From contig ML978126.1 in assembly GCA_010015805.1 (NCBI GenBank), positions 806,001 to 870,000 of the forward strand: 64,000 bases of DNA, read 5' to 3'. Each line of letters starts with the position of its first letter. Within the stretch, counting starts at the first letter, position 1. Both the position numbers and the translations under genes were made by a program. This document shows, piece after piece, positions 59,548-64,000 of the stretch. The DNA comes from Rhizodiscina lignyota. Taxonomy: Eukaryota. The notes beneath the pieces were generated by a model that saw only the letters and a list, made by a program, of their open reading frames with translations, ran no database searches and was not told the origin of the DNA.

Positions 59548-60050
59548 CTATTCCCACACCGTGGCTTTGTTCTCAGCCTTCCATTTCAACTCGGCCTCGC
59601 TATCCGTCGGTGGCGGAGCAATCCCTGATACCGTCCACAGATCACGCGGCGTCTCCCCGATGTGCAGTTCCCAGTCCAGTCCACGGTCAATGATGTACGG
59701 CTTCAGAGTCTGCGAATATTGTTAGCTAAAATCATCCGGCTAAGGGTTTCATTTGTCAACAATAGTCAACATACCTCGTTGATCATCATCAACCACCCTC
59801 TCCTTCTCGTCTTGCCTTCCTCCGTGTCGGAGGGCGCCATGGTCCGCGCAATCTGCTCAACCGTAATACGCACAAAGTTTGTTGTCGGCTTTCCACCAAT
59901 AAAAACATCTTTGTCGCCTAGTGGAATGAAAATTACGTTGACGTAGAAAGCAGGGAGGAACGAGTATAACTTCGTGATGGCCTCACTGATGCCTGCCTTC
60001 TGCTCATCGGTGAAGATCTTGGAGTTGGAGTAAATGCGCCAGAGAGGCAT
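59548..60050 (-). CDS. cis-CaaD-like tautomerase (Tautomerase_3 family); 2 exons
   Basis: Catalytic Pro at the N-terminus (MPLWRIY), LPAFYVNVIF, FVRITVEQIAR, intron 59774-59710, then DWELHIGETPRDLWTVSGIAPPP..SEAE..W. Confidence 0.9.
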
Positions 60051-60550
60051 CTTGCCCTATTTCGCGACTTTTGAATGATTGGATGAGAAATTGAAGAAAG
60101 TTGAATGTGGTCACGTGCAGGATGCCACTGTGATTTAAGCTTGAATTTAGAGTTAATGCACCTTGGCGCGACGAAGGATAGGCAAATTAGACCTGAAGAG
60201 GAAAAAATGTGCGCTTATATTAGTTGCCCGTTAGCACTACTCAACTTATATGGGCACTGGGAACAATGTATACTAATCGGAAAGAACTTGTGGCGCCCTT
60301 GTCATTCTCACGGTCGGAGGAATTTTTGATTACTCAGACTATACGCACGTAGTTGCCCGCCCTACTGCATACAATATGCGGCAATTCCTGCGGCCTTAGC
60401 TATGTGAAACGAAGAACTCCGGTTCTCCTTTGGAGATTACAGATGGAGTATGCTGGGAAAGGTCGCTGACAACCTTGGAAGTACCACTTTCCGAAAATGG
60501 AAGCATGTCATTGGCGAGTATCGGTGATCTAATTTATCCGTACCCGACAT

Positions 60551-63500
60551 TTACAGCTGCTCCAATCCTCCAAGAAGGTTCTGGAGAGCTTCCTCGGTTC
60601 CGTTTGAAAATAGATCTTCTACCGTTCCAGCTCTAATCATTTCGTTAGTCGATAAAACCGATTCTGCAAGACTCTCGTACTCACAGATGACCAATCTTTC
60701 TCATCATCATCCCCTCTTCCATCTCTTTCGACTTCACCGCTGCTGCATCCAGTACTGACTTCGGTATGTTCGCTAAGCGAGCGACATTCAAACCATACGA
60801 CCGATGAGCTACGCCACCACCAACCTCGTATAAAAACGTGATGTCGGCATCTCTACCATTTTCCCGATCCTCCTCTCGGAATCTCATGTGGACGTTCCGA
60901 AGTCCACTTTTATCGCCGAGTCGCCCCTCCAGCCCTGCGAGATGCTGATAGTGAGTAATAAAACCCAAAAGCATACCCCTGTCGACACACTCTCGCAAGA
61001 CTGCCTCTGCAATCGCAACACCATCATGCGTGCTCGTTCCCCTTCCAAGCTCGTCAAGAATCACTAAACTCCTCCGTCCAGCCTGCTTCAAGATATCTGC
61101 CGTCTCACTCAGCTCGACCATGAATGTGCTCTCTCCTTTCATCATATTGTCCTGAGCGCCCATGCGAGTATACACTGCGTCCAGAATTCCGAGCTCCGCG
61201 CTCGAAGCGGGCACATAGCTGCCGATTTGGCCCATGATTGAGATCAGTGCGATTTGTCGAACGTAGCTGCTCTTGCCACCCATGTTTGGTCCGGTAATGA
61301 GCAAAGCTCGCGTGGCGTCCGGGTCGGACGAATTCAGATCGATGTCATTAGGAACATACGAATCTAGCAGTAGCTGCTCGACCATTGGGTGTCGCCCTTC
61401 ACGAACACAAATCTTTGCTTCGGAAGTAAATGTTGGCTTCGCATATCCTGGAGCCGCTGCGAGTTCGGCAAGTGAGAGAAGGCAGTCGAGCGTTGCAAGG
61501 CTTTGGATACAGTCGCGGAACTCCTGGTAATGGGTTGAGATATCCGTGAGAAGAGCAGTAAATGCTTCGTCGCATGCTGCTGCAAGACTTTCCTTATGCT
61601 GATCACGCTCGCGAGTCATGCGGACAACTTCTGGAGTGTGAAACCTGCTCACTTTCTTTGTGCCGCTAATCTTCGCCCAGCTCGCAGGAACTCGCTTGAG
61701 TTGCGTATTTTCGACTTCGATGAGATACTCGATTTGAGAGACCGTAACGTATGTCACTTTGCTCTTGCCCAACTTCTCAGCGGCGACCTTTCGGTGCTCG
61801 TCCAAGTCTGCCTCAACTGCAGCGATACCAAGGCTGTGGGATGTCATGTCTTCAGTCTCATGTTCTGAGCGGAAGAAATTGTATTTGTCGTTGTCTCTCG
61901 CGGCTTGAAGATTGATTTTGTCTAGAACTTGAATAACCTTGTCGTTGATCTTCGGAAGAGCAGAAACCAGTTCGCATAAGATTGGAGAGGAGAACCCAGC
62001 AAGAGATGGATCCGTGACGTGGACGTATCCATTGGATATACGCTGTAGACTCTGGAAGACGTTGAGCAACTCTGGTCGAGCACACTTCTTGTAGTAAATT
62101 CTGATGAGCGACTTCTCCAGATCGCCTCTGGTATTCGAAAGAAGGTGCTTCAGCTTGTCGACCGCCATTGTGCGTTCTCCATCCTTCAACTCTTCCACAG
62201 CCGCGATTCGCTCTTCCAGCTTGCTTTGGTCCAGTAACGGCCGCCCAACCCACTTTCTCAGTAGTCGCTGTCCGAATTTGGTCTTTGTCCGATCCATAGT
62301 CCAGAACAAGCTGCCCTTGGTTCTATGATCAGTCTGGTTTTGGTAAATCTCCAAACTCGTAAGCGTATTGCCGTTGAGCAGCATATGCGACCGAGCACTG
62401 AACGGCTGGAAATTCTTCGTAAGGTCGAAGACATGCTCAAGACCATATTCTCTCATGTGTTCAATCATGGACGAGAGACAAATTGTGACGTGCCCAGACA
62501 ACTTGTGTACTTTGTCCAAAATGTGAGCTTTTTGTTGCCCATTTTCTTCAAAATTGGTTATCTTCATCTTGTCGGCGTAGAATTTCGAGACGTTGCTGTA
62601 TGATTCAGCAGCTATCGTTTTCGATTTTGCTATCCGCTCGACACGAGCCTGGTCACCAAAGACGTTGGATTTGCTGCCCGAAAGATGCTTGATGAGCTTC
62701 TCAGTTGTCTTGGAGAGCTCGCCGACAATGAGAAACTCAGCAGGAGCAATGTGCAGAAGCCTAGTCTCGATATCAGACCTCATGAAACCATCTTCAAAGT
62801 CGTCGTAGATGATATCTCCGGTTGCGGGCTGAACGGCAACAATGCCCACATGAACTTTCTCATCCGAACCGTATCCAAAGTTCGCATTCGATTCAGTGAG
62901 ACAGAGCATGAAGCCTGTTGCAGGTGCAGCGTTCGCATTGCTGTCCCCTTGGAGGCCTTCCACATCATCAATGTAGGTTGCCTTGGTGTACACATTTGTA
63001 AGCTTCCTCACGAATGGGGCATTCCTATTATCCCCAACAGCCTTGAGTGCTGCAGTCTCCAACTGTCTCACTACACCAACTTTATGTCCAGCCTGTACCA
63101 GCCTCTTGACGTGCACATGTAGGCGATGCACTGGAATGCTGGCAGAAGCAAATCGATTCAGATGTGCTTCGGAAGGATGTTCATCGAATCGCATCTTGCC
63201 AGGTATACAGACAATACCCAACTCTTTTGCAGCAACCCTGGCATCTTCTCCAAAGAACTTGAATTTGTATCCAACCTCTACCACGAGTAATTTGTCCATG
63301 TGTGCAGTCTTTAGGTCAATCACCTGCTTCACCATGGGTGTGAGCTTGCTGGTCTTCGGCGCCTTCTTTCTGCCATTCTGTTTTGGTTGAGACTCTTTAT
63401 CTTCCTCAGCCACTTCGTCGCCTGCATCGTCTGTCTCCGAGTCGACGAGGGGGTCTCGTCGTTTCAATTCGGCAATACTGTCGGGACGACCGAGTTTCTT

Positions 63501-64000
63501 CACAAATTTCTCGTGTAGGCGTTGCTTCGCTTGTCTGGTTGCATCATCGTCTGGCTCTTGAGGTGTGACGTCTTCGGACACCGGCGAGCTAGAGAAGAGA
63601 TATTTTGATGTCCTCTCTGACGCCTTGACGTATGCTCCAGCTGACCCAGACTCTGTTCGTACAGGCTTTGCAGATGTAGTAAGATTTGGAGAATGCTGGG
63701 GTTGTTGTTTGGGCGGTCCGTCGTCGCATAGTCCATCCGATGTACCCTTTGCCTTCTTTCCACTCGGTTCTAAATTCTCCACATCACTACCATCATCGTC
63801 AAGAACTCTTTTGATGCCCCTTGAAGGCTTCCTCCTCGACTGTGCTGTATTCTGATTTGGCCTCTCGTATAGTGTGTCGTCATCGTCGCCATCTACCGCG
63901 CCATTCGCTTGACTTGCAGAGGTAAGGGACGTTGGCTTGGGAGCTGCAGCAGGTTTTGGGGTGAAGAAGCTAGAAATCGAGGATTGCTTCTTGCTCTGAG
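60551..64000 (-). CDS. msh3: DNA mismatch repair protein MSH3; 5' end lies beyond the window
   Basis: PIP box QSSISSFF at the window edge, [40 protein letters not shown] and [10 protein letters not shown]. Last intron ~60684-60633; TAA at 60553-60551. Confidence 0.96.

Noticed and set aside
1..64000. CRISPR arrays, rRNA, or intact transposase, reverse transcriptase or tyrosine recombinase genes
   Set aside because: No regularly spaced repeat-spacer array or diagnostic motifs were seen; the window is eukaryotic.

Overview
This is nuclear DNA from a filamentous ascomycete (Pezizomycotina), with short GT..AG introns and CTRAC-type branch sites. A conserved core carries cystathionine beta-synthase, SMC2, HAUS6, an HD-domain nucleotidase, MSH3, an acetate transporter, a GH3 beta-glucosidase and others. 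Accessory stretch 1 (1-12.4 kb) holds an intron-free, bacterial-looking UDP-glucuronate 4-epimerase (missed by the ORF track because it runs off the left edge), a plant class-IIIb/narbonin-type GH18, a small secreted Cys-rich protein, and two HET-domain genes flanking a GPI-protein gene. One HET gene is intact; the other is broken by two in-frame TAGs. TpA-rich, RIP-like spacers separate these genes. Accessory stretch 2 (33-43 kb) holds a C2H2 gene, a GH3 pseudogene, an SDR plus Zn2Cys6 pair with a perfect CGG-N7-CCG palindrome, a secreted beta/gamma-crystallin-like protein and an orphan ORF. Accessory stretch 3 (48-59.5 kb) holds a frameshifted orphan, an AtuA-family gene, a tRNA-Arg(CCT) with a defective acceptor stem, and a decayed Upf1-like SF1 helicase hit twice by a ~100-bp solo-LTR-like element. 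All family calls come from motif recognition by eye; no searches were run.
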